A stretch of DNA of 64,000 nt from a virus (lineage: Duplodnaviria > Heunggongvirae > Uroviricota > Caudoviricetes). The position numbers were made by a program, and so were the translations under genes. Each line of letters opens with the position of its first letter. Positions within the stretch are counted from its first letter, which is position 1. Of this stretch, positions 22,028-32,331 are shown piece after piece. Under the pieces are notes generated by a model. The model did no database searches and had not been told where the DNA came from. It saw only the letters and a program-made list of their open reading frames with translations. The DNA lies in the IMG/VR virus record IMGVR_UViG_3300035515_000158, one strand, 5' to 3'.

Positions 22028-22424
22028 ACTGTGTTATATCTTTATCATCTTCTTCATTTACCATGTCATTAATTTTAGTTAACTCATCGGTAATATCCTT
22101 TACACTTTTACTAAACCATGATTTACGTTCATCATTCATGACGTGAAATTGATTATCTGAAATAAACTCCCCATCATATATTGTTTTTGGTTTCTTTGGT
22201 TCTGAATTTTTTATTTGTTCAATCTTCTCAGTGTCACATTTTGGAGTAATATCATATGATGTCTTATTTGATTGTTTAGAAACAGTGTCAAATATTATCC
22301 AGACAGATGTCATTAGAAACAAAGCTGTAATTATAACATAGTAAAAAAAACTATTAATTACAATACCTAATAGAATGAACAAAAAATACAAAATAAAAAC
22401 TACTAAAATTTGAGTTTGTTTCAT
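21990..22424 (-). CDS. Membrane protein, hypothetical
   Basis: Two N-terminal hydrophobic helices; CATAAATA at 22443-22450. Confidence 0.65.
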   Translation of the reverse strand: MKQTQILVVFILYFLFILLGIVINSFFYYVIITALFLMTSVWIIFDTVSKQSNKTSYDITPKCDTEKIEQIKNSEPKKPKTIYDGEFISDNQFHVMNDERKSWFSKSVKDITDELTKINDMVNEEDDKDITQYAKEKERNTKSE

Positions 22425-22450
22425 AAAAGCTTACTATATAATTATTTATG

Positions 22451-22487
22451 AAAAAAGAAAGACCTGATATCACATCAGATCTTTCTT
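22451..22487 (-). terminator. Intrinsic terminator after sigma gene
   Basis: AAGAAAGA.CTGAT/ATCAG.TCTTTCTT stem, T tract on minus strand. Confidence 0.75.
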
Positions 22488-22551
22488 GACATTGCTACTT
22501 CTTTATGTTATTATGATAATAAAAAACTATGATAATGCCATGGTCTGGATA

Positions 22552-23196
22552 TTACCCATTAATTTCAGCTTGACAATACTTTTTCAGTTTTGTCATTGCC
22601 TCATTATAAATCTTGGTAGCGACTCTTTCGGGTACTTCCAACTTTTCGGCGATGACCTTCATGTTGTTCTTTTCCAACTGACCGAACTCATCAAGACGGA
22701 GTTTCATTTTAACTGCGATACGAGAATTTTCATCGAGTTGTTTGAGACCTTCCTGAAGAATTTCATAACGGTCAGTGGTCATACCCGGATGGTCAACTGT
22801 TCCAAGAGTGTCATAATCATAGCTGTCAATTCGATCGTATGTGATTTCTGAAACATCTGATTTGGTTTCTTGACCCTTTGTGAAACCTTGTAGATGATTT
22901 ACGGGGATGTGAACGAGAGATTGACCACGATTGATGTAGTTCAACATATAACCTCTCACACTGGCTGAACAAAATTTAACAAAACTGTCGTTCAAGTTAG
23001 GATCGTATTTTTGTTCAGCCTTTTTCATTGCAATTACACCTTCAACAAACAAGTCATAAGGTTCAACTCCTGTCTTGTTTCCGAGGTCTTGAGCGATTTT
23101 CCAGACGTATTTCAAGTTCTGAGTGGTCAAGTCACCACCATTCTTTTGAGCTTTCTTTACTGCGTCACCAATCATTTTGTGCAATTTAATATCCAT
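22552..23196 (-). CDS. Phage sigma-70 family RNA polymerase sigma factor
   Basis: Region 2 (DLFVEGVIAMKKAEQKYDP...SFVKFCSASVRG...LVHIP) and region 4 HTH (MKVIAEKLEVPERVATKIYNEAMTKLK). Confidence 0.85.
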   Translation of the reverse strand: MDIKLHKMIGDAVKKAQKNGGDLTTQNLKYVWKIAQDLGNKTGVEPYDLFVEGVIAMKKAEQKYDPNLNDSFVKFCSASVRGYMLNYINRGQSLVHIPVNHLQGFTKGQETKSDVSEITYDRIDSYDYDTLGTVDHPGMTTDRYEILQEGLKQLDENSRIAVKMKLRLDEFGQLEKNNMKVIAEKLEVPERVATKIYNEAMTKLKKYCQAEING

Positions 23197-23259
23197 ATCT
23201 TGTAACTTAAACTTTTATATTATTAAACTTATTAACTTGTCAACTTTCTTTTGACATTA

Positions 23260-23291
23260 CAAAGGTAGCGGTTTTTTTTGAAACTACCAAA
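23260..23291 (-). promoter_or_regulatory. Bacteroidota-type host primary-sigma promoter
   Basis: TTTG (23288-23291), 20-nt spacer, TACCTTTG (23260-23267) = TAnnTTTG consensus. Confidence 0.7.
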
Positions 23292-23295
23292 TTTT

Positions 23296-23835
23296 TTAGA
23301 TAGAATTTTTCAAAAAATTTTTCACAGATTCCTTAACCTCTGATATACAGATAGGTGCAAAATTCCAATGATTAGCCATACAACTTACTAAACCATTAGA
23401 TAATTCACAATCTTCATTCAAACCATGAAAACAATATGTACCTGTATGACGACCAAGCCAATCAGAAAGGGGTAGATATGATAAAACTGCATCTTCTTCT
23501 GGTAGGACAACTATCTGGTCATCTTCAAATATAATCTTTTCTTTTACTGAACTATCAACTGACAAATTAACCGATGTCTTTAATACATCTCTGAAAAATT
23601 TATCATCCTTAGTAAAGAAACTATTAAGGAGACGTATCTGACCATTCAATCGTATAAGTACCGGATAAATGTCAACGATACCTAAACCACCAAGAACATA
23701 TACAATATCTTTATTATCGACAACTTTATTCCAATTTTCTATGATGGTGTCATTGTATTGAAAAGTTGTAGTATTCTCCAACTTTCCACCCGGTCGATTA
23801 AACCAAGTGTCACTAATTACAAAAATTTTATTCAT
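23296..23835 (-). CDS. Calcineurin-like metallophosphoesterase homolog, apparently degenerate
   Basis: FVISDTWF, IIENWNKVV..DIVYVLGG, LNGQIRLL, FHG scaffold; metal ligands altered. Confidence 0.7.
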   Translation of the reverse strand: MNKIFVISDTWFNRPGGKLENTTTFQYNDTIIENWNKVVDNKDIVYVLGGLGIVDIYPVLIRLNGQIRLLNSFFTKDDKFFRDVLKTSVNLSVDSSVKEKIIFEDDQIVVLPEEDAVLSYLPLSDWLGRHTGTYCFHGLNEDCELSNGLVSCMANHWNFAPICISEVKESVKNFLKNSI

Positions 23836-23905
23836 GCGTAAAGTAGTAATGGTGGACTTAATTTAACGATAAGCCCACCATTTTATTTTATATTAAAATC
23901 TAAGT

Positions 23906-24931
23906 TTATCCATTCAATACACTGTTAACCCAGTCTTCATCTTCATCTGTTGCTGTAATTTCATCTTCCGCAGGTTCAGGTTCTGGTTTGGGTTCAGGTT
24001 TAGGGGTAGAAGTGGTTTTCTTCTTAGGTGCTTCCGCAGGTGCATCATTCATAATATTGTTGATGATGTCATTGGTTTTTGATGCGGTAGTTTCAGGAGC
24101 CTTGTACTCACTTGTGTATGAAGCCAAGTTTGTGTTAACTCGATTTGTGGTTTCCTCATCCCATTCCTTGAACAAATAGTCCTTAATTTTGGGAGCACCT
24201 TCTTCCAACCAAGCCATAAAAGCTTTCTTTGATTCTAAATCTGTGGTAAGAGTTTGACCATCACCAAAATGAATAGGTGCTGTCTTTTCAATAAATGAAC
24301 AAGAGTCATAGTTGGTTACTTCTTGACCACCATCCATTTTTTGTGAACCTTTTGTGAGGTTAATGTTGAACAAACGGGCATTGAAGAAATCAAAGGGATT
24401 AAATGCATCCTTATATTCACTACCCTTAGTAGCTTCAACAATCTTGTCATAAATCTTCTTACCAAATTGGAAGATATAAACTTTACCCTCCATTTCAGGG
24501 TGTTGTGCATCCTTTACTACCTCAATGAGAGAATACCATTGTTGATATACATTGATTTTCTTTGAGTTGGCTTTGTCAATCGCACTTGAACTCATGTACA
24601 GACGATACGACAAATTTCGTATAGGACATTGTTTACCGATTGTCTTAGGTGAAACAACATAGATACCATTTTCACCATTCACATCCTTGAGGTATGATTC
24701 CCAACGTTCGATTGTAGTTTCTACCTTGTTGTTGTTCACGAACGGGATGAAACGAATAAGTGCTCGGTAATTCTTGTCCACACACTTCTCATCTTTGATA
24801 GAAGGTTTGTACAAGTTAGGGTCACGGAAACCACCACCCTTTTTCTCTGCAAGGGTATTGGCGGCGTTTTCAGTTGTAAAACCAGCGAACATTGCGTTCA
24901 CATCATCAGCAGTTAAATCTAAATAACTCAT
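23906..24931 (-). CDS. Single-stranded DNA-binding protein (T4 gp32-like)
   Basis: ALIRFIP, CPI, HPEMEGKVYIFQFGKKIYDKI, NPFDF, NYDSCSF, acidic C-terminal tail. Confidence 0.88.
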   Translation of the reverse strand: MSYLDLTADDVNAMFAGFTTENAANTLAEKKGGGFRDPNLYKPSIKDEKCVDKNYRALIRFIPFVNNNKVETTIERWESYLKDVNGENGIYVVSPKTIGKQCPIRNLSYRLYMSSSAIDKANSKKINVYQQWYSLIEVVKDAQHPEMEGKVYIFQFGKKIYDKIVEATKGSEYKDAFNPFDFFNARLFNINLTKGSQKMDGGQEVTNYDSCSFIEKTAPIHFGDGQTLTTDLESKKAFMAWLEEGAPKIKDYLFKEWDEETTNRVNTNLASYTSEYKAPETTASKTNDIINNIMNDAPAEAPKKKTTSTPKPEPKPEPEPAEDEITATDEDEDWVNSVLNG

Positions 24932-24961
24932 AATTAAAACTTTTTTATAAACTTATTAAAA

Positions 24962-24986
24962 CTATTTGGTCTTCCGACCACCATAG
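24962..24986 (-). promoter_or_regulatory. GNRA-tetraloop hairpin in SSB 5' leader
   Basis: Minus strand CTATGG-TGGTC-GGAA-GACCA-AATAG in an otherwise A/T-rich leader. Confidence 0.55.
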
Positions 24987-25070
24987 TAACTTAAAACTTT
25001 TCAAATTAAATATAACAAAAAAATCACGGTTAGCGAATAAAATATATATAATATCAATAAATTTTTTTTA

Positions 25071-26003
25071 TCATCCTATCAGATAGTCTGTTATAGAAAG
25101 ATTTCTCATAGATGCTACCAAGTCAGGTACAGATTCAGTAACTTCTTCCTCAAGGTCTTCTGCATTTATATCTCCTTGATATGTGACAACAACTGTATTT
25201 GGATCCAAAAGTTCACCTTCAGAAGCTCCCGTTGAATCACCAGCAAGTTCTTCAATTTCAGTTTGTGAATTTTCAAGTTCTGTTGTTAATTCTTCAACTT
25301 GTGTCGCATAATCAGTATTCTGTTCTATCAAACTCGATATTGTAGCTTGTAAATCCTCGATTAATGAATCTCGTGCTGTTATCGCATCCTTTAGATTTGT
25401 AATAGTTTCTGTTAAAGTGGTTTGACTCTCAGAAGTTCTATCTGCCCAGTATCCACTATAAATGACTTCTTCATCTGAGGAAATCTGTGTATTTGAAGCA
25501 CTATCATATGTTGTATATACTCTGGTAATATAGAACACATGATTTTTCAGAGACATTATATCACTGGCCTGTTTCTTTGTAATCTTAAATAGAACTTGTC
25601 CATTCGTCTTATCAACATTAAGATAAGGATTGTCCGGAGTATATTCAACTATTCTAATTTCTTTACTATTATACTTAAACACCAAATATAAAGTTGCACC
25701 ATCTGATAAATCGAGAGGTGTTGTTGGGTCAGAGTAATCTTGATATAATGTGAACAATCTATAATTATCAAATGGGTCTATTAATAAAGGTGTTTCTCCT
25801 ATTTGATATAGATGATCATCACTGTCACCATCAACTGTTACATTAGTCGTTGTAGAAGTTTCCTCATCTTCATCATCATCAGATACTAAAGTGTCAGTGT
25901 CAATAAGCACAGCCTCAATCTGTGACAATAAGTCGGTAGAAAAATTATCAATAACGGATATGTTTGTAATTAAGGATTGTTTTATTTGATTTGAACTTGC
26001 CAT
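25071..26003 (-). CDS. Putative structural protein with coiled coil
   Basis: 310 aa acidic; beta-rich middle, heptad C-terminal part. Confidence 0.65.
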   Translation of the reverse strand: MASSNQIKQSLITNISVIDNFSTDLLSQIEAVLIDTDTLVSDDDEDEETSTTTNVTVDGDSDDHLYQIGETPLLIDPFDNYRLFTLYQDYSDPTTPLDLSDGATLYLVFKYNSKEIRIVEYTPDNPYLNVDKTNGQVLFKITKKQASDIMSLKNHVFYITRVYTTYDSASNTQISSDEEVIYSGYWADRTSESQTTLTETITNLKDAITARDSLIEDLQATISSLIEQNTDYATQVEELTTELENSQTEIEELAGDSTGASEGELLDPNTVVVTYQGDINAEDLEEEVTESVPDLVASMRNLSITDYLIG

Positions 26004-26008
26004 CTTTA

Positions 26009-28411
26009 TTATCGTGTTATTGTTATGAAATTATTACCATCAGTAGAAAGTTCTTCATTAACACACACAAGTTCGATTTCTTTATTTGTTGCAGTTAATG
26101 TACCTTTCTTAATTGTAGTAATATCTATTGAATTTCCATTAGCATCTTGTGTCTTAATGAGAATATTTTTGTTCTGATTAAGATTTTTTAACAGATTATT
26201 ACTTGTAGCGGATATTGTAAATGATTGTCCTAACTTCCAAGTAATAGGTAATCCATCTGTATCATCAGAATCATCTTCATCTACTGTAATATTTAATGTA
26301 ATATCATCTGTTTGTCCTGCGATATCATTAGTGGTATTAGATGTGGCCGATGTACCTGTTGTGGTAACTGATTGAACTGTTGTACCATCAATAACAAATA
26401 AATTAGAGTTCTTCACCAAACCAACAGACAATGTATTATTATGTAATGTAGTACCTGATAATAAACTAATACCAGCATACTTTTGTATATCATTATCTAT
26501 GGCTAATATGGTATTGTTGGAATTATCTAACACAGGTTTGATAGTTATACCATTTAGACCTGAAATTAATGTGTGGTCTAATGATAGTTTATTATTATAC
26601 TTACCTTTAATCAAATCATTAAGTTTATCATTTATATCATCTATCTGAACCATTATCGTGTCAGTGTCAACAATACTATTACCATCAAGTCTGTTAGTTA
26701 AAACCTGAACATCATTCTGTAAACTTGTTAAACTATCCATACTATACAACATTGATTCAAGTTCTTCTACTCTATCCTGTAATTTATATATCTCATTTTG
26801 TTGAGTATAGAACTTGTTAATACATATCTGAAGTTGTTCAAGTGCTCGTTGATACATCGCGAAAGCCTTTGATTCATTCTCATCATAATAACTTTCACTA
26901 TTTATCTCATTCTCATCTCCATTTGTTCCAATCGTCTTTGAACGTTTGAGTGTTGTCGTGGGAGCGGTATCCACCTTCAAATCTAATTTAAGAGCGAATG
27001 AATTACCACCTTCGATTGTACTATTTCTTAACTTAGGTAATCTTTGTATATAATGTGCTTCACCCTCCTCTCCACTAACATTATCGAGGAAAAGAACACC
27101 ATACAAATTAGTCGCATATGTTGAAACTTCTCCGGATGTATCAATCATATCATAGTAAATCAATACACAATTAAACTCAAAATTAATATATGAATTTGAG
27201 TTCATCTTTGTGATACTTCCGGTAGAATAATCACTGTCTATAAAATCAATACAGTAACCTTCATCACCATAATAATAGTTACCATTCTCATTATCGAATA
27301 TACCTTCAATTCCAACATCGGTAGGTAGGTCTGTGTCTATTAAATTACTACGACCTACAATTATTTCATCATTCTTACCATAGATGTCATTCTGGTAATT
27401 CTTGTCAACTATCTTACGGAACAACACTTCATTAGATGCACCATGCTCACTTGGAATATATAAATACACCTCTCCATAAGTATCACCATTAACTTGAACC
27501 TGATTGATGGTGTCTATGTTTCCAATGTATTGTACCGTTCTGTAAATATAATCGTCATTCGTATCGTCACCATCATAAGGAGTGTAATTGGTCGCATCCT
27601 CATATACCTTAGTCGTTCCACCATCAGTATAAGATGTAAATTGAATACCTCCAACCTTCCTTAACCAATTAAAAAATATTCTCTCAGCCGGTGTTCTTAA
27701 TTCTGATGTGTCATAGTCATCTTGATTTAACACAACAGTTTCAAAGTTTAAGATATAATTCTGGAAATGCTCAGCCAATGCGACATTATAATCCTTGGTT
27801 CCAATCTTATAATTACCTAAACTCTCTAAGTATAATCCTCTATTTGTATTACCTACTTCTGTCGTATCATAAGTTAACACATCAGTATAATAACCATTTG
27901 ATAAAGTTCTATTATCATCTTTATATACATTAACTTTCAAATACAAATATTCACCATCAGATAATGTAATCGGAGTTGATTGACTATTATCAAAAACCCA
28001 ATTACTCATTTTAGTCAGTGTCAAAAGTTCAGTTGGATTTGGTGATGTTAACTTTGTTGTAGAACGTTCATATAACACCTCCACACTTGTAGCTTCACTC
28101 CACACAGTTGTTGACGAATTTAATGTAACTGTAATCGTAATTCCATTGAGTGTTCCATTTTCATCATCTAAATTTCTATATACAGTTACATCTTTGATAT
28201 ATTTGTACGAATCTGATATCTGACTTTTATATGACTTAGTTGTTGAATATCCAGTATATATATCAGGAATATTCAAACATACAAAATGACTAAACTTAAA
28301 CGAATAATTACTACTATTGGAATGAACCTTTGTTAAATCACGACTGGTTGAACTAAAGGTATATAATGTTCCACCATTAGACGAAAGTTTAGGAATTATA
28401 GGAGTTACCAT
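26009..28411 (-). CDS. Putative virion structural protein
   Basis: 800 aa T/S/N/D-rich; CATAAATA at 28445-28452. Confidence 0.65.
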   Translation of the reverse strand: MVTPIIPKLSSNGGTLYTFSSTSRDLTKVHSNSSNYSFKFSHFVCLNIPDIYTGYSTTKSYKSQISDSYKYIKDVTVYRNLDDENGTLNGITITVTLNSSTTVWSEATSVEVLYERSTTKLTSPNPTELLTLTKMSNWVFDNSQSTPITLSDGEYLYLKVNVYKDDNRTLSNGYYTDVLTYDTTEVGNTNRGLYLESLGNYKIGTKDYNVALAEHFQNYILNFETVVLNQDDYDTSELRTPAERIFFNWLRKVGGIQFTSYTDGGTTKVYEDATNYTPYDGDDTNDDYIYRTVQYIGNIDTINQVQVNGDTYGEVYLYIPSEHGASNEVLFRKIVDKNYQNDIYGKNDEIIVGRSNLIDTDLPTDVGIEGIFDNENGNYYYGDEGYCIDFIDSDYSTGSITKMNSNSYINFEFNCVLIYYDMIDTSGEVSTYATNLYGVLFLDNVSGEEGEAHYIQRLPKLRNSTIEGGNSFALKLDLKVDTAPTTTLKRSKTIGTNGDENEINSESYYDENESKAFAMYQRALEQLQICINKFYTQQNEIYKLQDRVEELESMLYSMDSLTSLQNDVQVLTNRLDGNSIVDTDTIMVQIDDINDKLNDLIKGKYNNKLSLDHTLISGLNGITIKPVLDNSNNTILAIDNDIQKYAGISLLSGTTLHNNTLSVGLVKNSNLFVIDGTTVQSVTTTGTSATSNTTNDIAGQTDDITLNITVDEDDSDDTDGLPITWKLGQSFTISATSNNLLKNLNQNKNILIKTQDANGNSIDITTIKKGTLTATNKEIELVCVNEELSTDGNNFITITR

Positions 28412-28454
28412 ATTATTTTCTTCTTAACTTAATGTGTTATAATGTATTTATGAC

Positions 28455-28487
28455 AAAAAGTGGAAGTAGTAAAAAACTACCTCCACT
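28455..28487 (-). terminator. Intrinsic terminator after dnaK
   Basis: AGTGGA.GTAGT/ACTAC.TCCACT stem, T tract on minus strand. Confidence 0.7.
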
Positions 28488-28517
28488 ATATAAAAAAAGA
28501 ATATAAAGTATGTAAAT

Positions 28518-30407
28518 TTATTGAGCTTGTTGTGAATTAAACCCATTCATCATATCTTCAAATGATGTACCTTGCTGAGCTCCCCCATTCTGTTGTCCCT
28601 GTCCATAAAGAACTGTCGCAATTTCATTCCAAGTCTTTGTCAATGTTTCCATACAACTCTTACAAGCATCAACATCCTTTCGGTCAGAAGCATCCTTTAG
28701 GGCGTTCAAATCATTCTCCAACTTAGACTTTTGTTCCTCAGTCAATTTGTCACCAAGTTCATCAATCTGTTTCTGTGTCTGGAAAACGGTATTCTCAGCT
28801 TGGTTTAAGGTATTCACTCTCTCAAACTCCTTCTTATCCGATTCCGCATTTGCTGACGCCTCATCCTTCATTCTTTGGATTTCTTCATCACTCAAACCTG
28901 AACTTGCCTCAATTCTAATGTTACTGTCCTTTCCAGTTGCCTTGTCCTTAGCACTTACTGACAATATACCATTCGCGTCAATGTCAAACGATACTTCAAT
29001 TTGTGGAACTCCTTTAGGTGCGGGCATAATCCCATCCAAGTGAAATACCCCAAGTCGTGTTTTATACTTAGCCCTAGGTGTCTCTCCCGGTAAAACCACA
29101 ATCTCTACTGAAGGTTGATTATCCACAGCGGTTGAGAATGTTTCGGTTTTTGTTGTAGGTATTGTCGTATTCGCATCTACCAATTTTGTGAACACACCTC
29201 CAAGTGTTTCAATTCCCAAAGAAAGTGGCGTCACATCCAACAAAACAACATCACCTACACTTTCATCACCAGCCAAAATAGCCCCCTGAATCGCCGCTCC
29301 CAATGCAACAGCTTCATCAGGATTTACTGACTTATTGGGTTTCTTTCCAAACTGTTTTTCAAGTGCGGTTTGAATTGCGGGAATACGTGTAGAACCTCCA
29401 ACAAGAATAACCTCATCAATATCACTTACACCATAATTGGCCTTTTCCAAACATGATTTACTAAGTTCAATGATTTCTGTGATTAAGTCATCTGACATCT
29501 GTTCAAACTTAGCTCGTGTTAGTGTCTTAACCAAATGAACAGGTGCTCCATCTACAACAGAAATATATGGAAGATTAATCTCAGTTGATGTTGATGATGA
29601 TAACTCAATCTTGGCCTTCTCAGCAGCTTCCTTGATTCTCTGCATGGCCATCGGATCCTTACCCAAATCAAAACCATTTTCGGATTTGAACTCATCAACA
29701 ATCCAGTCAATAATCTTGTCATCAAAATCTGTACCTCCTAAATGGAGATTACCATTTGTTGCAATTACCTCAAACACCCCATTATCCATATCCAAAATGG
29801 TAAAATCTGATGTTCCACAACCAATATCAGCAACAAGAATTTTCATTTCTTTGTCACCTTTTCCTAAGCCAAATGAGAGAGCCGCCGCGGTGGGTTCATT
29901 TATTACTCTCACTACGTTAATACCTGCGATTTCACCCGCAAGTTTTACAGCTTCTCTTTGTGTGTTGTCATAATAAGCAGGACAAGTTATTACAAAATCT
30001 GTTACCTCTGTACCAAGGTAATCCTCTGCGGTTTTTTTCATTTTTTGAAGAATCATTGCAGAGATTTCTTGAGGACTGTATAATTTACCATTAATATCAA
30101 CACGAGGTTGGTTATTTTCATTTCGGACTACTTTATACTGGGCACGTTCAACCTCTTCTTTTACATTATCAAAAGATTCACCCATGAAACGCTTAATACT
30201 TGAAATTGTGTTTGTTGGGCGAATAACCATTTGACGTTTCGCAGGTTCACCAACTTTTACCCCCTCATCCGAAATTGAAACCACACTTGGAGTTGTGCTT
30301 TTACCTTCGGAGTTAAAAATAATTTTTGGTTCTCCATTAGTTTCAACTACTGCAACCGCTGAAAACCCTGTTCCAAGGTCACATCCACAAATTTTTTTTC
30401 TACTCAT
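28518..30407 (-). CDS. dnaK: Hsp70 chaperone DnaK
   Basis: [71 protein letters not shown]. Confidence 0.97.
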   Translation of the reverse strand: MSRKKICGCDLGTGFSAVAVVETNGEPKIIFNSEGKSTTPSVVSISDEGVKVGEPAKRQMVIRPTNTISSIKRFMGESFDNVKEEVERAQYKVVRNENNQPRVDINGKLYSPQEISAMILQKMKKTAEDYLGTEVTDFVITCPAYYDNTQREAVKLAGEIAGINVVRVINEPTAAALSFGLGKGDKEMKILVADIGCGTSDFTILDMDNGVFEVIATNGNLHLGGTDFDDKIIDWIVDEFKSENGFDLGKDPMAMQRIKEAAEKAKIELSSSTSTEINLPYISVVDGAPVHLVKTLTRAKFEQMSDDLITEIIELSKSCLEKANYGVSDIDEVILVGGSTRIPAIQTALEKQFGKKPNKSVNPDEAVALGAAIQGAILAGDESVGDVVLLDVTPLSLGIETLGGVFTKLVDANTTIPTTKTETFSTAVDNQPSVEIVVLPGETPRAKYKTRLGVFHLDGIMPAPKGVPQIEVSFDIDANGILSVSAKDKATGKDSNIRIEASSGLSDEEIQRMKDEASANAESDKKEFERVNTLNQAENTVFQTQKQIDELGDKLTEEQKSKLENDLNALKDASDRKDVDACKSCMETLTKTWNEIATVLYGQGQQNGGAQQGTSFEDMMNGFNSQQAQ

Positions 30408-30514
30408 GTATTAATAAAATTTTAATTTCTTCTTTTAATTAAACATAACAAAATTATTATGATTGACCGAACTGGACAATCATTACAAATATAACAAAAA
30501 AAAATGAAAAGCAC

Positions 30515-31066
30515 TTAACTACTTTTCATTTCTATATATTTTTTTAAATCATCAATGTCATGGAAACATATTTTGTCTTTGTAGAAATCTAAGTCATATT
30601 GTAAATAATAACTTGGAAAATAATAAACAACATTTATACCATGTTCTTGACATTGTTCATATTTTAATTTATCTAACCTTAATCCTTTATCAAATCTTCT
30701 TTTACCTCCAAAATGATTAACTGATGTAAAATGTTGTTCTCCCTGACATTCAATACTGAGTTTCAAATCATCATCATAAAAATCTAAACGTAGTGATCCC
30801 TTATCTTTTAACCAATCGAATGTTTTTTGTTGTTCAAACTTAGGGAAACAATTAGATATTTCTCTCTCCAATTTTGATGAATTACATTTAGGACAACCTT
30901 GACCGAGTAAATGATTACTAGATATTTGCCAAAATTCTCCATGAATAGAACAAATGATACAAACCTTAGTTTTTCTATTCACATATTCAACATTAGAATA
31001 ATCATATTTGTCACCATGAACTTTCTGAGCTTCCTTTATGAATTGTTCAGTTGTTTTCTTTTTTAC
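30515..31066 (-). pseudogene. 3' part of IS607-interrupted Zn-repeat nuclease gene (last repeat + nuclease)
   Basis: Frame open from GTA at 31066 (VKKKTTEQFIKEAQKVHGDKYDYS...) to LRLDFY..IECQGEQH domain. Confidence 0.85.
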
Positions 31067-31089
31067 AGTATATTAAAATCTGAACAAAA

Positions 31090-32331
31090 TTAAACTTGTT
31101 CACTTTTAACTTCTTGTTTCAACCTACCACTACTTTTTAGGGGAATCACTTCCTTGTCATCCATAGTTGGGTAGTCCACAAGCGTAAATTCGGTTGTACT
31201 GCAACCTATTATTCTTTGACCTTCTTCTAAGATATTCAATGAGGCATTATAGTCACGTTCTATAATTGAACCACAGTCTGGACAAGTCCATTGTCTATCA
31301 CTTAATTTAAGTGACTTGTTTATATAACCACATTGATTACATCTCTTAGAGGAAGGATAAAATCTATCTATAAAGACTAACTTTCGATTATACCATATAC
31401 TCTTGTATTCAAGTATTCTTCTAAACTCACCAAAGTTTAGTTCAGATATTGAATCTGAAAGTTTATGATTTTTAACCATTCCTTTTACATTTAAGTCTTC
31501 CATACAAATGACTTGGTTTTCATCAATCAATGAATTACTTACTTTATGTAAATAGTTTGATTTACAGTTAGTTATAGTTTTATATAATCTTGCAAGTTTC
31601 TTTCTTGCTTTGTTTCTGTTGTTAGAACCTTTAACTTTCTTAGAAAGTTGTCTTTGTAGTTTCTTTATCTTCTTATACTCAGATTTCTTAAAGTGTAGGT
31701 TTTCAAAAACCTCACTTTCTGAGGTGATAACGAAGTCTTTGACTCCAAGGTCAATACCAACCATATTGTTTGTATCTTTAACTTTATGAATTAAACAACC
31801 ATCAACTAAGATTGATAGGTAATATTCACCACATGGTAGTTTACTTAAAGTCGCAGACTTTATATTAGGTTTGTTATCCTGAAGGTATTTTGAGTATAAC
31901 TTACTACATTTAAATTTGATATTCTTAATATTAGCAAGTGATAATCTATATGATAGGTAGTTATTACGTTTAGATATACAACCTATTTCAAATCTACAAG
32001 ATTGTTTATTATCACGTTTTGATTTGAATTTTGGATAACCAGTATGACGTTCAAAGAAATTTTTATAAGCATCCAACATATCCATTATGGATTGTTTAAG
32101 AACCTTAGTGTTTTGCTCCTTTAACCAACTAAAATCTGGATTATTAATCAAATCATGGTGAAACCAATGACCAAGAGATGATAAATTTTCTGTTTTATTC
32201 TCAGTTTTATAAGATTCAATTTTGCGAGCAAGACATTGATTATAGACCACACGACAACATCCAAGAAGTTTATTGATTTGAACCTCTTGTGTTTTGTTAG
32301 GATATAATCTTATTTTAACGGCTCTTAACAT
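31090..32331 (-). CDS. tnpB: RNA-guided endonuclease TnpB
   Basis: N-terminal HTH (AVKIRLYP), RuvC GIDLG / MEDL / RDYNA, Zn ribbon CNQC...CPDC. Confidence 0.95.
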   Translation of the reverse strand: MLRAVKIRLYPNKTQEVQINKLLGCCRVVYNQCLARKIESYKTENKTENLSSLGHWFHHDLINNPDFSWLKEQNTKVLKQSIMDMLDAYKNFFERHTGYPKFKSKRDNKQSCRFEIGCISKRNNYLSYRLSLANIKNIKFKCSKLYSKYLQDNKPNIKSATLSKLPCGEYYLSILVDGCLIHKVKDTNNMVGIDLGVKDFVITSESEVFENLHFKKSEYKKIKKLQRQLSKKVKGSNNRNKARKKLARLYKTITNCKSNYLHKVSNSLIDENQVICMEDLNVKGMVKNHKLSDSISELNFGEFRRILEYKSIWYNRKLVFIDRFYPSSKRCNQCGYINKSLKLSDRQWTCPDCGSIIERDYNASLNILEEGQRIIGCSTTEFTLVDYPTMDDKEVIPLKSSGRLKQEVKSEQV

